DNA of 59,585 nucleotides, filler included, from Diploschistes diacapsis (GCA_023645945.1; 5 parts of 5 records of this genome joined end to end with filler, not necessarily neighbours in it); one strand, 5' to 3'; counted from the whole stretch's first letter, positions 10,776-24,789 are shown. Notes: generated by a model from the letters alone, not told the origin. Numbers and translations are program-made.

Positions 10776-13700
10776 TGTTGGGAATGGTGGATTTCAATGA
10801 AGTATTAGTTATCTCCAACTCTTGAGACTTGGCCAGTTCAGCATTCAAGCCTAAGGGCCTCGCAACTTGCGGAACCACGGCGAATTCACCTCATATGCCT
10901 TTTGGCATCTGCTTGAAGGCTTCATAGCCATTTGTTCTGATGTGCCCCTGGGGGCTGCAGGTGCTTGTCCTAAGATCGCCAAGTCATTGCGGCAGAGGGC
11001 ATCCAGATCGAGAAATGGCAAGCGAAAGTTGTCTGACTGTCTTGCTAGCAAGGCTAGCCTCAAAGAATTGTCATGACGGAGAGATTATCTTCAGGTCCGA
11101 AGCTTCCTCTGTAGGAGCAGAAGCAATACAGTCCGACCGGGACCAAGCAATACCTTCAATGCATCATGCTTATGAATGTTGGATGAGACTGTTATTGTTG
11201 AGTAGAAACTGCGTTGACCTACAGGGTGCGCTCCGATAGGGTGTGTGGGTTATCTCTGATCGGGAAGGAGAGAAAATAGGGAGAGACTGTCAAGTTATGT
11301 CTATATTCTTATTAGACCTGCCTATGAGCAGTTCTGGTTTTAGGTGTGACCGACCGTACGTGTCTACTTAAACGCACACTCTTTCTTGTGTAGTTTTTAG
11401 GGACGGTATATGTTAATCTATAGGCAGAACAAGGGCTTGACTTTGCAATGCTGTCAACTAAGTTTGCATAGGATGGTAGGCCAACCTCCAAGAAAGAGAT
11501 ATTCTACAAAAGAACATAGCGTTTCAGTAGCCACGAAGAGCAGAATGCTTGCTACTCCATGGCAAATGCTCCCAACTCGCTGGCCTCGGTGGGCGGTGGG
11601 CGGTACATGAGCTCGGGAGAGGCATGCCCCATCCAAAACGGTAGCAACTGGGCTGCCACAAGTTGATAGGTGCCGATGTACGTTTAGTATAAGCGGGCGA
11701 GCAGGAGCTCTTCCGGCAACAAAGCAGAGATGGTGATCAAAGCCGCCCCAATGGACGCCCAGCTCAAATATGCAACGCCCATGACTTGCATCGTACCTTT
11801 GATGAAGGAGGCGAGCGCGGCTGGACAGACAGGCATCTGGAGCAACACATGCATCAGACATTCTGGGTGCTGCATGCGAGTACGACACAGGTACGCAGCG
11901 GTTGTACGAGCCCCACAATCGTCTTTGCAAGGCGGGAATAGATGCGCAGCTTGGATGTCGCTGCGCATGCAGGGCGGAGTCAAGCATGTGCCTGCCTCGA
12001 GTCAGTTGTCCGAGTAAAAGCATAGGCAGGCTTGGGGCTCAAAGAACGATGCTGCCATCATGTAAGCCGGCAAGGTAATCGGCCTCAGGGGATGCAGGGC
12101 CATTGACGCAGCATGATTGGGCCTGCTAAGACGAAGGCGAGGTATAAATGTAGCAGTCATGAAATTGTCGATTGAGACAGGAACGAGACAATGGGGATAT
12201 GCAGGCTTCTGACTCTGGGTGCGATCGCCACTGTTGGTTATTGCGTGCAGTTGATGGCGACTGGAGCTGAGCTAAGACGTGGGCCGCATGCCCGGCACAG
12301 AGCTCCCTGATAGGTGGCTCGGGCCCAAAAAAAGTGTTTACAGGCAGCAGAAGCACCAAAGCCATGCGATAGTGATGGAATTTGCAATTGCCCGATGTGC
12401 TTAACTTCACAAGCATGGAGCCATATGCCTGCACTTACTCGTTTGCACTCCAGGATGGTCGAACCCGCGACCGAGGGACAGTGCAGTAGCCGAGACTAAT
12501 GCGAGAACCTCCCAGACAAGATCCATCCGACGCCTTCGTACAAGGCCAGGAAAGCTGCAGCTGTGACCTGCACTTTCGCATTCCATCAGATTGGCTGTAT
12601 CTTATAAGACCCGAGATTCTGGACTTCCAGCAGAAGAACTTGATCTGAAACGCTGATCCTCCCTCGAAAAGTTGTCAAGCCTTCTGGCCGCTTTCCGCTA
12701 GTTAGATGGTTCCACCTTGCAGTGCTTGCACAAAGTCCCTTGAGGTTCCACAAGCACATCAGGACCAGGAGAGGGGGTTCGAACAGCGAACAGCGGACGC
12801 GAAAATGTTAATCCGATAACGGCATCCCAACAAGACGATGTGAGAATCCTCCTGTACAGCAATCCAACGCCATTATCCGTACGGCCTTCTCTGCAGTCAG
12901 CGTTGCATTACTGAAGTATATGCGCGGATTTGCACCCAGGAAAGCGGGGTAGAAGTTCTGGGCCGGTATGGTGGAAGAAGCCACAAAGCTGCACCACCGA
13001 GCTTGTACAACGAAGACGTGCAGTGAGACTAGTCGACGAAGATCCAAGAACTGATGGAGGATAGAATCCCAGTTTGCAGATTTAGGCTCGCAACAACAGT
13101 GACTGCGGTTGGACTGCACTTAATATATCCGCCTGAGAACAGCCTGAAGCTCGAGCCTGATAGAATCCATATGAGAAAGGACATTGAGCAGCAAATTTGT
13201 AGCGCTATATGTGATAACAGCCGACAACCAACCGAACGGGATCATGGTCTCCTATCTAGCATTATTCCTTCTGTCCATAACCTCCACCCTCCACAAAGTA
13301 ACGTGACTGATTTGGACCCGACAGGCAGGACAAGGCGGCTGAAGAGCACGCCTTCGTGAAATCTTCGAGCACGTTGTCGCGAGCCAACGGTAGCCAGAAG
13401 CGTACAGTAATGGTGGGGTGCCAAAGGACGCAGATACTGATAGAGGGGCATGTGACCGTTTTGAAGCAGTTTTCTAGTTTTCTAGTGGAAGAAGACGGAC
13501 GACCACCAAATATGGGGTAACAGTTAGGGCAGTGTACTCGGGTGGTGTGGTTACAGTCTGGTATCAGAAGTTTTACATGTGGAGCTGTCCTTTCTTCGTA
13601 GGCCAGCCCTGTGTAAGCGCCGGAGCTAAGACCAAGGCGCCTCGGGAGGGGGTCATGGCGCTCTCTGATTGGTCACTTTGCGAAACGGGCTGGTCAACGC

Positions 13701-14705
13701 TTGAAGTGCCGCGCTTGTCTCAAAGTGGGTTAGTTAAAGGCTTCAAACCTTCTCTCTAAGTTCTCACCTCCTTTCCTTGCGTTCCTTGCACTAATTGTCT
13801 GACTCGCCCTGGCAACCGTATGCAGTATGACAACGATGCATCCAATCTGCTTCATTAGCAAGCTTTCTCGCATGCGAGTGGCTGGGCGATCCCTTACAAC
13901 CTCGTTCTCCTTACCGCCGGCTCTCTGTTCCTCCAGGCTGGTTCCTCTTTCTCTCTCGCTGTTACAAAATGCTCAAGCGAAGATGGTCAAGGGAAAAACA
14001 CATTGCAAGATATGGCCACCCAGCAACCATGTTATATCATCTCATCCAAAGTGGCCACTAGCGTCATTATATCACAGCACGCTTGCTCTACCCGCCCTCA
14101 CAATTCATCACATCCCGCACTACCGACGGATCTAAGAAAATACGAAAATCCATCACAATATCGCAGATCCCGAATTCTTCGCAGACACCTGCACTTCTGC
14201 CATTATTGGTGCAGCAATTTCCTCAATTCCATCGCCTTTCCCCAATCGGTGCCCTAGCTCCTTGCATTACTGGCCCAGCTCTCTCCGCCTTCGGCCACGG
14301 CTCCATATCTACCACGCCTTTCCTTCTGGATCTTCTCTTTACCTGTCATTCAAGTAACCAGTCCCACCTGAACAGGATACAGGGCCCTCAGCCTTCGACA
14401 GTCAGCCAGCCTACTTCGGAAATTGTAGAGTATTGCCTTCTTGACCGTTAGCTGGCTTGACCGCAGTGCTACGGCACGCCATACTGATCACGTTGACCAC
14501 AATTCGATTCCCTCGTTCACCGACGAGCTTTTGTTGCCATTCAATACAACTCGACCACCAAGGTAAATCAAGACTATAGGCCACACACGTCAAATTGCTC
14601 CTGGCTATTGCCTCCTCGCCCGCCCCAAGCTGGTCTGGCGCTGTGACTGCAGTATTAGTACAGGAATCTCCCCCCACCATATCCGTACTATATCCTCCCA
14701 TATTC

Positions 14706-14805
14706 NNNNNNNNNNNNNNNNNNNNNNNNNNNNNNNNNNNNNNNNNNNNTTAATTAATTAANNNNNNNNNNNNNNNNNNNNNNNNNNNNNNNNNNNNNNN
14801 NNNNN
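14706..14805. other. Assembly gap spacer
   Basis: N runs with TTAATTAATTAA. Confidence 0.98.
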
Positions 14806-15965
14806 GTATTATACACTAACCTAGTAAATTCTGCTGCGAGACTGATGATGGACGTTTCATATGCCAGTTGCAAATGTCCATGGCTGGCACGGAACAGCTA
14901 GCACATTCTGCAAGAGCAGGCCCTGGCCAGCAAAACAGTGCAAAACAGTATTGAGGCCAACAACATGGTGATTTAGGCGCCAGGATCAGACAAAAGCAAG
15001 CAGCTACAGGGCAGGGCAGGGCTGGGGCAGAACGCTTCTATCACATAACAGGGCAGGGCAGGGCAAGGTAGGGTAGGGCAGGGGTCTCAAGAGATATAAT
15101 TAATACGTGCCGATGGCATTGCGCTGCTGTGCGTGCCTTTGTCGTGTATCTGGTGCTCTGGCTTTTCTCCTTCGCTCGCGGGCATCTCCGGCCGCTTTTT
15201 TGTAAGTCGGACATGCCCTGACTGCGATAGATGCGAGGTTCTGTGTCAAGGGGGACGCTTCTAAGCAGGCCGCGCGTACAATGTCGCGGTCCTCGTACCT
15301 CCTCTCTCCCACTAGCAGAAGGTGCAAGCAAGCACAACAAGTCGATCCCCGTCTCGCAAACTCCTGTATACAGAAAAGCCTTGTCGCCTATACTACATGC
15401 CATATTCTCTCAAGACTTCCCTTCGAGGTCGAGAGCGGGATCGGCTTGACGCTTGCACTTCCCTGGCCCCCCTTCCACGTAATTTCCCGCGGTGCTTCCC
15501 TTTCCGCTTTGCACGGCAAAGTAAGCCCCCTCACAGCTCGCGTAATCCGGTTGTTCGTGGGTTAGATGGTGACAACATCTCCCCACATATCCTCCGCTCC
15601 TGTTTTCCTCTTCCTGCTTTTGTTGGGCCTCGGCCTTTGTCTTTTCCGCCCTCTGGCCGCAAGGTCCTTGTCGATTGTCGATTGTCGTTGATTGATCAGC
15701 ATCTGTGTGTGTCCGTCTCGGCTTCGGTACCTCGTCAGGCTCCAAGTAGGGAGGGATGGATGGGGACAAAGGCGGTGGCGGTGGCAGTGGTGGTGATGTT
15801 GATGGCGATAGTGATGGCGTCCCGTCGTCGGTGTCGTCCTTGTTCTTGTCCTTGTTACCTGCGATAGGATCTCTGCTTGGAGCCTGGTACTTTGGCTCAA
15901 GTTTGGGGGTGGAGGGACGGGATAGATGGCGACATTGGCGCGGGTCTGGCGTTGGTGGGATGTTC

Positions 15966-15968
<3 letters not shown>

Positions 15969-16011
<43 letters not shown>
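15969..16011. repeat. (TG)n microsatellite, ~21 units
   Basis: Direct reading. Confidence 0.98.
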
Positions 16012-16014
<3 letters not shown>

Positions 16015-16725
16015 ACGGCTCTCCTGAGGTTAGAGGGTCCTGGATGTGAGATGGTTTGTGGCTCGCCGCTTGCTTTCGTTCTTGCCTGGGGTTTGTTTGC
16101 CGTTTGGGATGGGGCTTGGAGCTTGAGCAGGTATTTGAGGGACGAGGAACGGGCGTGGGTGCGGTTGCTGGGGGCTGACTTGGTTGTTTTGCATGGGCCT
16201 TGGGGCCTGAGCAGCAGGTTGGGCTCAGTCTTACAAAGGCTGTCGATAACACGTCAGTGTTCGAGCTTGACGCTCTGGCTCTGGCTCTTTCACGCGAGCC
16301 TTGGAAGGATTTTGGCGGGTGGACGAACTCGGACCTGGACTTCCGGCGGGCTCTTGTTTTTTGGAGGGGAGAGTCTCGAACTAAAGAGCAGAGAAGATGT
16401 TCCTTCTCGTATGTATGAGACGTAAATTCATGGCATGGTATCCGGGACTGCCCACCGGCGACGCGGACAGGTTGACTGGTTTCCAATTCCAGCTCCGATC
16501 CATCTGCATAACCTTCCAAGTCTTGCGAGGGTAGAGACTGCAGGCCCTGGCTGACTGTGGGTTTGTACTAATAGGTCATTCGTAGTTGCATTTCCGATCA
16601 AGATCCTGCTATCGCTCAAACTCGACCATTTCAGGCTTGGCCTTTGTTAGCTGTTGCTCATCTTTGGATAGCACTAATTTGAAATTGAAAATCTCATCGT
16701 TGTACTTTGTTGCCTTCAAAGCATC

Positions 16726-18500
16726 TCATTCTTCATAACCTCCTAAAACACTTGGTTCGGAATTCGAGATTAGGATATTAATATTCACGGTATTGTCCTC
16801 CAATATTTGTTGTTTTTCAGTCGGGTTTCTGTCTCGCTGTTGTATCTCACTACAGGATCGCTTCCAGCAGCGTTCGGACCAAAGCGCACGACCCAACCGC
16901 ATGTCAACGACTGCTGTAGATGTGACGATGCAATCTTCAGAACTCCTTAGAAATTTTAAATATTTAGCTCTTGGAAAGAACGCAGCCTCGAGGAGAGCAT
17001 GGAGATCCCGATTTCCACCCATAAACCGATATGCCACAAAGCAGCTAAACACCCCAACGCAGTCGTGTAAGGCCTCGAACTCCCCTTGAGTTCTACGAAG
17101 AGCATGTTCCAGGTCTTCTGTCGAAGGGTTTTTGCTAATCTTTAAAATCTTCACGCTCCAAAGAATCTTGTCATGTCTGTAATGCTCGCGACATTCCCCT
17201 TTAGTCTTGTGTACTCTCCGTGAGATGGTTGCCCAACTGAGGTTAAGGGCGATCATGTGAAACAAGAGAGTTGACTGTTTAACGCTCCACCCTTGATCAT
17301 GCTCAAGGTCTGTCGGCTTCGGTTTTGAAGCATAATCGAGTGTCTCTACTTTACCAGTATTCGAACTATCTCTGGCCCTATCGGCACATTCTGGTTTGGC
17401 CCCCTGGGCTATATCTGTCGTTCTAAGACCCTCGCTTCCAAGACGAGACTTGTTCTTATTATCCGAGCCATTAGCGACTTCTGAATAGTAAGAGTTTTGA
17501 GAAGCGTTTAATTCCGGATCAACTATTTCGTCTCGTCCGTCAGGCAAAACTGCCAGTCCCCGAACCAAGGGTGAAGCCGCTGGTGAAACTTTCTTGGCCC
17601 TAGTATCCCAGCTTAACTGCAGATGAGCACAGGACTGGTCTATGGAAGGAAGAAGGTCCATCAGGCAGTCAATTGCGTTCTGCAGAGCATCACCTACATC
17701 AGCATCACTCGTGCTAGTAGAATGAATAGACTGTCCATCCTGATAATCACAGTCTTCTGAGGAATTATGACCATCTTGGCCAAAGGCAGCACCTAGGAGA
17801 CGCCTCTCCCAAGGTTTAATTGATTTGTCGTCATCATCAACGACTGTTGAAGCTGGACGTGAAGCGCATGGGGCTTCGTCAAGTAGACAACGCAAATTCT
17901 TGAAACAACCATGACTGCTTAACTCTGGGCTCTCCTCGTCAACGAGACCAAGGAGCAACTTTCCATATTGACTCAGATACTTGAGCACCGCTTCCTTTAA
18001 ATCACTTGACTTGCAAAGAACCAGAGATAATCGACCATCGCCGTATTCCCGTCCCCATAGGAACAACTTTGTGAACGTGTCCTTCAACAAGCTCTTTGGA
18101 GCGGCCGAAGGTATCCATGTTGTGGACGCTTGGAGATGTGCGATCGACTCGAGCAACGACCGATACAACACTTCAGTAAGATCGAAGTTGGGCTCAGGGG
18201 ATCTTTAATCCAGATTTGAATCAGAGACATCGCAAAGCCATTCTCTGGTTTTGTTGAGTAGAGCTTCAGCTTCACCGTCTGTGACGGGCCGGTGGTCGTC
18301 GAGCTGCGCCAGCCCTAAATGCCGAGATTTCTCCCTGTTTACTGACGTCCGAGTTCTTCGCATCGCCATAGTCCAAGGTTTTAGGAAACTTCTCTGGTCA
18401 AATGAAAGTGCAAAGAGCACAGGGCAGTTCCGTGCGAGTCTTGTTCCAAGCAAGGCTGGGGAAGGGCATCAAATCCCCAAGTCTTTGACAATCATATCAT
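16726..18500 (-). CDS. Uncharacterised fungal protein with helical HeLo-like segment and a Myb/SANT-like motif; 5' part interrupted by in-frame stops
   Basis: 481-aa ORF with KLFLWG...GRL..VL..S.DLKEAVL, NAIDCLMDLLPSI and LSWATISRRVHKTKGECREHY. ORF 18205-18453 is the same frame, separated by a single TAA at 18205-18207. Confidence 0.5.
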
Positions 18501-18733
18501 GATTGCGGGGTTTTACACCGATTATTCCAACGACATGCGCAAGGCTGATCGAGTTCTTCCAGTTCAGTTAACAGCCTCACTTCATCCAGGCTTGAAGATG
18601 TCTGTAAGAGCTTCATACACATAGATGAGGTGCGCAACAGCAATTCATTATATTTACGTTCAGGGCACAAACCTTATCAGGTCAAAGGATGAGGCTGAGG
18701 CTGGGAAGAATACAATATACACCCCAGGACTAA

Positions 18734-20571
18734 ATGGCTGAAGCGGCTGGCCTTGTGCTGGCGGTTCTTCCTCTGATAATTTCTGCTGTAGAGCACTACG
18801 AGCAATGCCTAAAACCAGTTCAACGGTTTATCAAATTCACCTCGCAGGCCAAGCGATTTCAACAAAAGTTTGATGTCCAGAAAACAATATTTCGGAATCA
18901 ATGTCTATTACTCCTTCAGGAGGTAGTAGAGTCCAATGTTGCCCATCTCATGATTAGTGATGGGAAGCATCCCTGCTGGACCAACGTGGAAGTTGATGGC
19001 GAGCTTGGGAAGCAGCTGGAGGCCTCTGGGAACTCTTGCTTTGAAGTCATCAAGGAGATCAATGCAGTGCTCGTGCGGGTTCAGATTTGGAGCTCGACGC
19101 TTGATGACACAATCGAGCAAGAAGGAAAGGTATATGGAGCTTTAAATACTTGGAAAACCATGGGAAACTGACACTTGTTTACATTTAGGCTTGTCCTTTC
19201 GGGGGCAAGGTATGGAGATCAATTGTACGTACGAAGCTCAAGTTCAGCTTTTCCGAATCGCTTCTTGATGACTCCCTGGTGGAACTTAAAGACCTGAACA
19301 ACAGTTTTCTGACCTTGTCTGATCAAACTTCAAAGTTACATGAACATGAAATCAAGAATCACAGCCTGGCAAAACCTTTTGCTAAAGATATTGCAAAAGT
19401 TAAGTTCATCCAACAAGCAAGCTGCAGGGTTTACGAGGCGCTCGGCCGCTCTTGTTCCAAACACTCCGAGCACAGAACCCAGTTCTGTCTAGAGGCTAAA
19501 TCCATTGGCTCCCCCGAAAGTCCTCAGGTTCAGTTCAGGGTAGCGTTCGCAAGAGTCGCTAGTCGAGAGGCGGCTGGCGTCTGCGATCCAATATTCTTTA
19601 CAATCGAGTCTTGCATCACCGAGTCTGCAGCTGCGACCCCTGTCGAAAGCAGTGTTTCCACCATCAATAAGCTCAAGCGGAATCTGGCAAGCGAAACAGC
19701 AGGGTCTGCAAAGAAGATTAAGTCCTTGACGTTCGAAAGTGTCGAGTGTTCTCATCTTTGCTATCAGCTACCTGCAGCTGATTTACAGGATTTGAAGGAC
19801 CTCTGCAGCAACCAAAACTTCTGTGACCGTCTCCGTGATTGTCTGCAGCAATGCCCAGAAGGCCTCCAGTATATGGGCACTTTGGGCAGCACGGACCCTT
19901 ACAGGCATCTCGTATATCTTCCTGAGAAGAAGAAGGTGCATCGACCGATGTTGTCATTGAAGGACATTATTACGATGTCCTCTCGCCAGGGTTTGTCAGT
20001 TCGCTTGTCCATTTATGAGCGACTTCATCTTGCCCACTCTCTTGCAATGGCAGTCTTGCAGTATTATGCTACTCCATGGCTTAGCGGTCCTTTACGATGC
20101 GAAGATATATTTTTCTATGACGTTGAAGAGAGGTTATTGCCGCAGCGGAGTTCTAACTCTATTTCTGAGCCGCACATTGACGCCCACATCGTACATCCGA
20201 ATCCCACTCTTTCTATACCAACCACGGGTGTCATCGAGCACCTCGCACCCAACATCCTCCTTTTCAATCTCGGCATTATGCTCATCGAACTCGCTTACAT
20301 GACTACTTTCCGAGATCTACTGAGCCTGAAGGAACTATCTTACCGAGACTCACAGTATACCGAGTTTCTCGCCGCCCGTAGACTGGGCATACTTGTTAGT
20401 CGAGAGCTGGGATCGAAGTACGGCAAGATTGTTCAGAAATGCCTGGGGTGCCATTTTGCTGCCGGGCCTGACCTAAGCAGCTCAGAGCTGCAAGCGGAGT
20501 ACTACAGAGATGTTGTCAAAGAGCTTGAAGGCATCGAAGATGATTTAGCTTCGCTGAAGATGGACAGCTGA
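18734..20571 (+). CDS. HeLo-like N-terminal domain + degenerate kinase-like C-terminal domain (DUF7580-type)
   Basis: Exon 1 18734-19129 (MAEAAGLVLAVLPLIISAVEHY); intron GTATAT..TTTAG 19130-19188; exon 2 is in frame with ORF 19279-20571 (RLHLAHSLAMAVLQYYATPWL, LFNLGIMLIEL, ELGSKYGKIVQKCLGC). Confidence 0.85.
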
Positions 20572-22087
20572 AAACAATGCAAAATCGCTGGAGTGTCTTG
20601 TCTGATATTTTGTGGTGCTCTGAAGCGTCTGAGAAGACGCCTGAAGCGGCACACTGCTCGCTATTGGGTAGCCGGTGCTGCCTACTGGTTTAATATTAAA
20701 CGTTCAACCATTTACAGCTCGCGATCCTAAAGCAGCTGATAAAAGCTCCGGCACTCTATGGCTGCCGGCCGTAAGCATCTGAGGAGAGCTTCAACGTTCC
20801 AGACGTCTATCATACCGTCAACCGACAATATGCCAATAATCTCCCACTATCGGGGTTTCCTCCACCACAACTGCCGTACCGGATGGCCTGAAGCACCTCT
20901 TGTCATTCCGATCATCTCACCTCCCGAAGCTTCAACTTTCCGGGCGGCTAGCACTTCATGCTCCGGAGCTTCTTCATCTCTCACAGTACTAGATAGATTG
21001 ATGCGTCTGTCGGCACTCTAGTGGAACCAAGTTCGAAGCTTTCGCTCCAGAGGGCTTGACTGGGCCTTCCCTTTCTCTCCTGAACTGTGGGAGCTACTCG
21101 TGGAAGGTGAAGGCTTTTAGCACTACGCGGCGCTCGAGGTTGGAAGCAAGAATTAAAATAAGCTAGGCCTGAAGCAATACAGACATGGTTATATACAACC
21201 TACAGCAATCCCAGAAGACCTTTAGTACTATCAACTGCAGTTTCGAAAAGCGAATCATTCAGATGAGTCAGGCCACACGGGATAACGAAACACCAAAGCA
21301 AGCGCTAGTGAACAGGGCCGCGCAAGTTTACCGCCTAGCATCACCCGAAGTAAGGATAGCCAAACTGCATGGAATCCCCTATACCTCGCATCAATGATAA
21401 TCATCAATCATTGTGTTTGATTCCTACCATCAATCACCACCTCCCTCCCCTCCTCATTGACTTTCTCTCCTCGCTTGAACTCTCGCTACCAACCAAGTCC
21501 TCGCTCTCGCTCTCGCTCTCAATTGATCTCCTTCTCCTGCTCACAGCTTCTCCTACTATAAACATAAAACGCACTGCCTTGGGAGACTTCCACACTTGTC
21601 CAGGTAGGTGATGGCGGATAAGCAAGGCCAGGAGACGGGAGTGCGCATATGGGTCGGTCGATCACCATAACTGTAGGGAGGTCTTGAGAGAAGTGTAGGA
21701 AGCATGGATTGTGGATCTAGGTGGAGGGAGGGGTGTCCTATAAGACCCTCCCTTCCACCGACTACTAGCTATCACTGTTTTTCTGTTTACACTACCAACA
21801 ACCCCTTCTCCCCCGTCTACCAGGTCCCGCTGCTGCTGCTGCGACGGCGTCGTCGACCGACCGATCGACGGCAAGCGAGAAAAGACGCTGAAGGTTGGTA
21901 TTCACGCGAGTTATGTATGTGTATGTACAGCCACGAGCCCTCTCTGCTGCCGGCTTCACCACCAGCGCCGCCGCCGCCGCTATTCCCTCCTCTGTAAACA
22001 TGTACCCTCCTCCCCATCTTTTCCACCTCGACGCCTCCCCCTCCAAAAAAAAAAACAGTACAGCCGCTCATCCAATTGAAAAAAAAC

Positions 22088-22187
22088 NNNNNNNNNNNNN
22101 NNNNNNNNNNNNNNNNNNNNNNNNNNNNNNNTTAATTAATTAANNNNNNNNNNNNNNNNNNNNNNNNNNNNNNNNNNNNNNNNNNNN
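22088..22187. other. Assembly gap spacer
   Basis: N runs with TTAATTAATTAA. Confidence 0.98.
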
Positions 22188-24755
22188 GCTATATATCTCT
22201 CTACCTGGAATTTCATCCGAAGCATCACGCGGAGATGCGTTTCCAAGCGCGATCTCTGCATCAAAGCTTTTCGGGAGACAGGTTGCATCTTCGCCTTGGT
22301 CTAGCATCGCAAAGGAACATGTCGACGCAGGTCTTCCCGCGTGCCTTGAGCGCGCGCGCGGCGGCCGATGCTGAAGCATCCCTTTATACGATATCATGAG
22401 GCAAATATGAAGATTCGAAGCTCCCTGCTCGGCTCTACACTACACTACTTGTCTGAGACCCAAAGAATCCTAAAAATGGCTGAACGGATTCTGTGTGCTC
22501 AACTCGATACTGCTGCCCAATATTGGCCATGCTGGAACTGCCCTCTGGGGGAGCCCCCACCGTTTTGTCACGCATGGCTTCCGTCGCCGAAGCAGGGATC
22601 CGCTGTTCAGTTTGTGCAGAGGGCGCGCCGACTCCGGGAAGGTGCCGCGGGGACTCGCTCGCAACGCCCTGCTTTGGGTCGTGATGCGAGATGGGTGATG
22701 GCGAGGGTTTTTTTTTGTTGATGTCCTGATCGGTCGACCGAGCATGCACAACCAATTGAGTCTCTCCATCCGCTGAAGCGACGCGGTAATGTTTCGCGAT
22801 TATCAGGATCTAATGGGCATCTGTCAGATCGGCAGATGTCCGGTATCGCTTCTGGATGAAGCCGCCAGTATGCAGGGCCACTTATGGCGTTCGAGGAAAG
22901 CTATGGCTGGTTGAGCGGTGACTCAGCTACGGCGACTAGCATGTGCTTCAATCATCCCGATGGGCGCGCGCCGAGAGATTGCGCATGTCTCGCAGTAACG
23001 TCTTGAGGTTACCACTTTATATGGGAAATCGGGCGGATGGGCCCAGGATTCCAGACTGGCTTGCAGCTTTCTCCTGTCCCACACCGGTCAATCTTCCCCG
23101 GCTCACGGCTGGCTCTAACTGTCCCGGGAAGGTATAGTTGCGACGGTATACAACTTTACAGGGTCTTGTGTCCCACCAACGACACCCTTTCTCTCATTTT
23201 TCATGTCATGCAGGATCATCCTACCGGTGAAAACCCAAGACATAATGCAAAGCCCTATGACGGACCTAGATGTGCGCTGACACCCTCGGTGAGGCTGGAA
23301 AGCGCCTGCGACCCTGCGACCCTGCAACCAGTATCTCAAAAGCGTCTTTGCAAGGGTTCCCTAAAGCCAGCATCAGCACATCCATCAGCACAATATTTTC
23401 GACGAGGACCAAAACCGAGCAAAATCCACGCGGTGATCGTCGCCCCTCGGACGCGGGCCAGCGAATCCGCCTCGAAGAGCTCCAAAAGCATCTCGCCAAG
23501 CCTGGTCGGCGTAACAAGGCGCGCTGGACGGACGCCAGCCGAGTCCGAACGGCAACCTCTCCCGCTCGGACGGCGGCCTGCCGTAATCCCACGCCGGCAG
23601 CCCCATTGGCCCAACGGCGACGCCACGGCCTGCAGCTAGACCGCCGTATCGACGCCGTGAGCGGGAGGTATCGCCGTCTGCGCCCATGCCGGCGTAGCCG
23701 AAGTACGCAGGGGTCTTCCCGGGAGAAGGCTGGCGTCGTGCTCGATCGGGGGAAAGTTTAAGTTGTGCTGGTCCAGCACGTCGAGGCTTCGTTCGTGCGG
23801 CTGGGCGAGGCATTCCATCCTCGGGACAAGGCGAACCCTCTGGAGTACCCGTAGCCATCAGATTATTGGGAGCCAGATAACTCGGGGAAAGGGACGGACC
23901 GTCGTCAGGCCCAGGAGCCGTCCAGTTCGTGGAGCGCGGGGTCGGCAGACGGCACGGGGACCCAAAGGCTAGCAAGCAAGCAAGCAGAGGCGGGCATGTG
24001 GTATGGGGGGCATGTTGAGCTGCGCGCTCGCCAGCCAAAGCCGCTGCGAGGCTGACGAGGAAGATGCTCTGCATCGCGCCCACTGCGACCGAGGCGAAGA
24101 TATGGGCGATGAGGCAACGAGGCACGAGGAGTCTCTTCCCCCCGCTAGCATGGCAAGATCCAAGTCGCCACACCCCACGGCCCATTTTTCTATTCGTCCC
24201 CCAGTCCCAGTGATATATAGGAGGTAGATGCGGCATCCCGTTTGTGTTTTTCCCGATAGAGAATGTCCGGGATAAAGAAAGTCTGCAAGCGCCTAGTCAC
24301 CATCGCCTCATAGATTCCCCCCCCTCTTTTTTTTTCTTTTTCCCTTCCGTATGAGCCAACGTTCTTGATCCCACTCGATCCTAATGCAAAGCACATCACC
24401 ACCCCAGCAAACCGTACCGAATACTTGGATTAGTTCTTAAAGATCAACAATTCCGGAATACTTGATAGGGTTAAAAGAGCAGGTTTTGCGACGAGAAAAG
24501 CTCTGACCAGACTACTACACACTGCATACTAGAAAAGGGGAGGAGGGGGGGGAGGAAATACATGCAGCTTGCACCGACGGACCCCATGCACGATCCTGGT
24601 TTTGGTATAAACTATCTACCCAGTACCGGTAACATTATCTACGGCAAAAAAGGACGCATCGGATCGAGAAAAGAAGTCGTCGGGGTTGACATGACATCGC
24701 GAGTCGGAGTAATCTAGTGCCCCTTTGTCACTGTTTCACAATACCAACGCACTAT

Positions 24756-24789
24756 AGCTACAGCTACAGCTACAGCTACAGCTACAGCT
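24756..24789. repeat. (CTACAG)n hexanucleotide microsatellite
   Basis: tagctacagctacagctacagctacagctacagct. Confidence 0.9.

Noticed and set aside
15410..16519. 369-aa and 182-aa ORFs with THTH/VCVC runs
   Set aside because: Low-complexity frames running through the (TG)n microsatellite; no domain motifs.
8361..20571. Amyloid signalling motif (HRAM, PP, sigma) shared by the NLR and HeLo effectors
   Set aside because: The NLR begins directly with a helical SesA-like domain and the complete HeLo-like proteins end without G/N/Q-rich motifs.
22900..24240. Several overlapping 160-283 aa ORFs on both strands
   Set aside because: GC-rich sequence gives long ORFs by chance; no recognisable motif or consistent exon structure.
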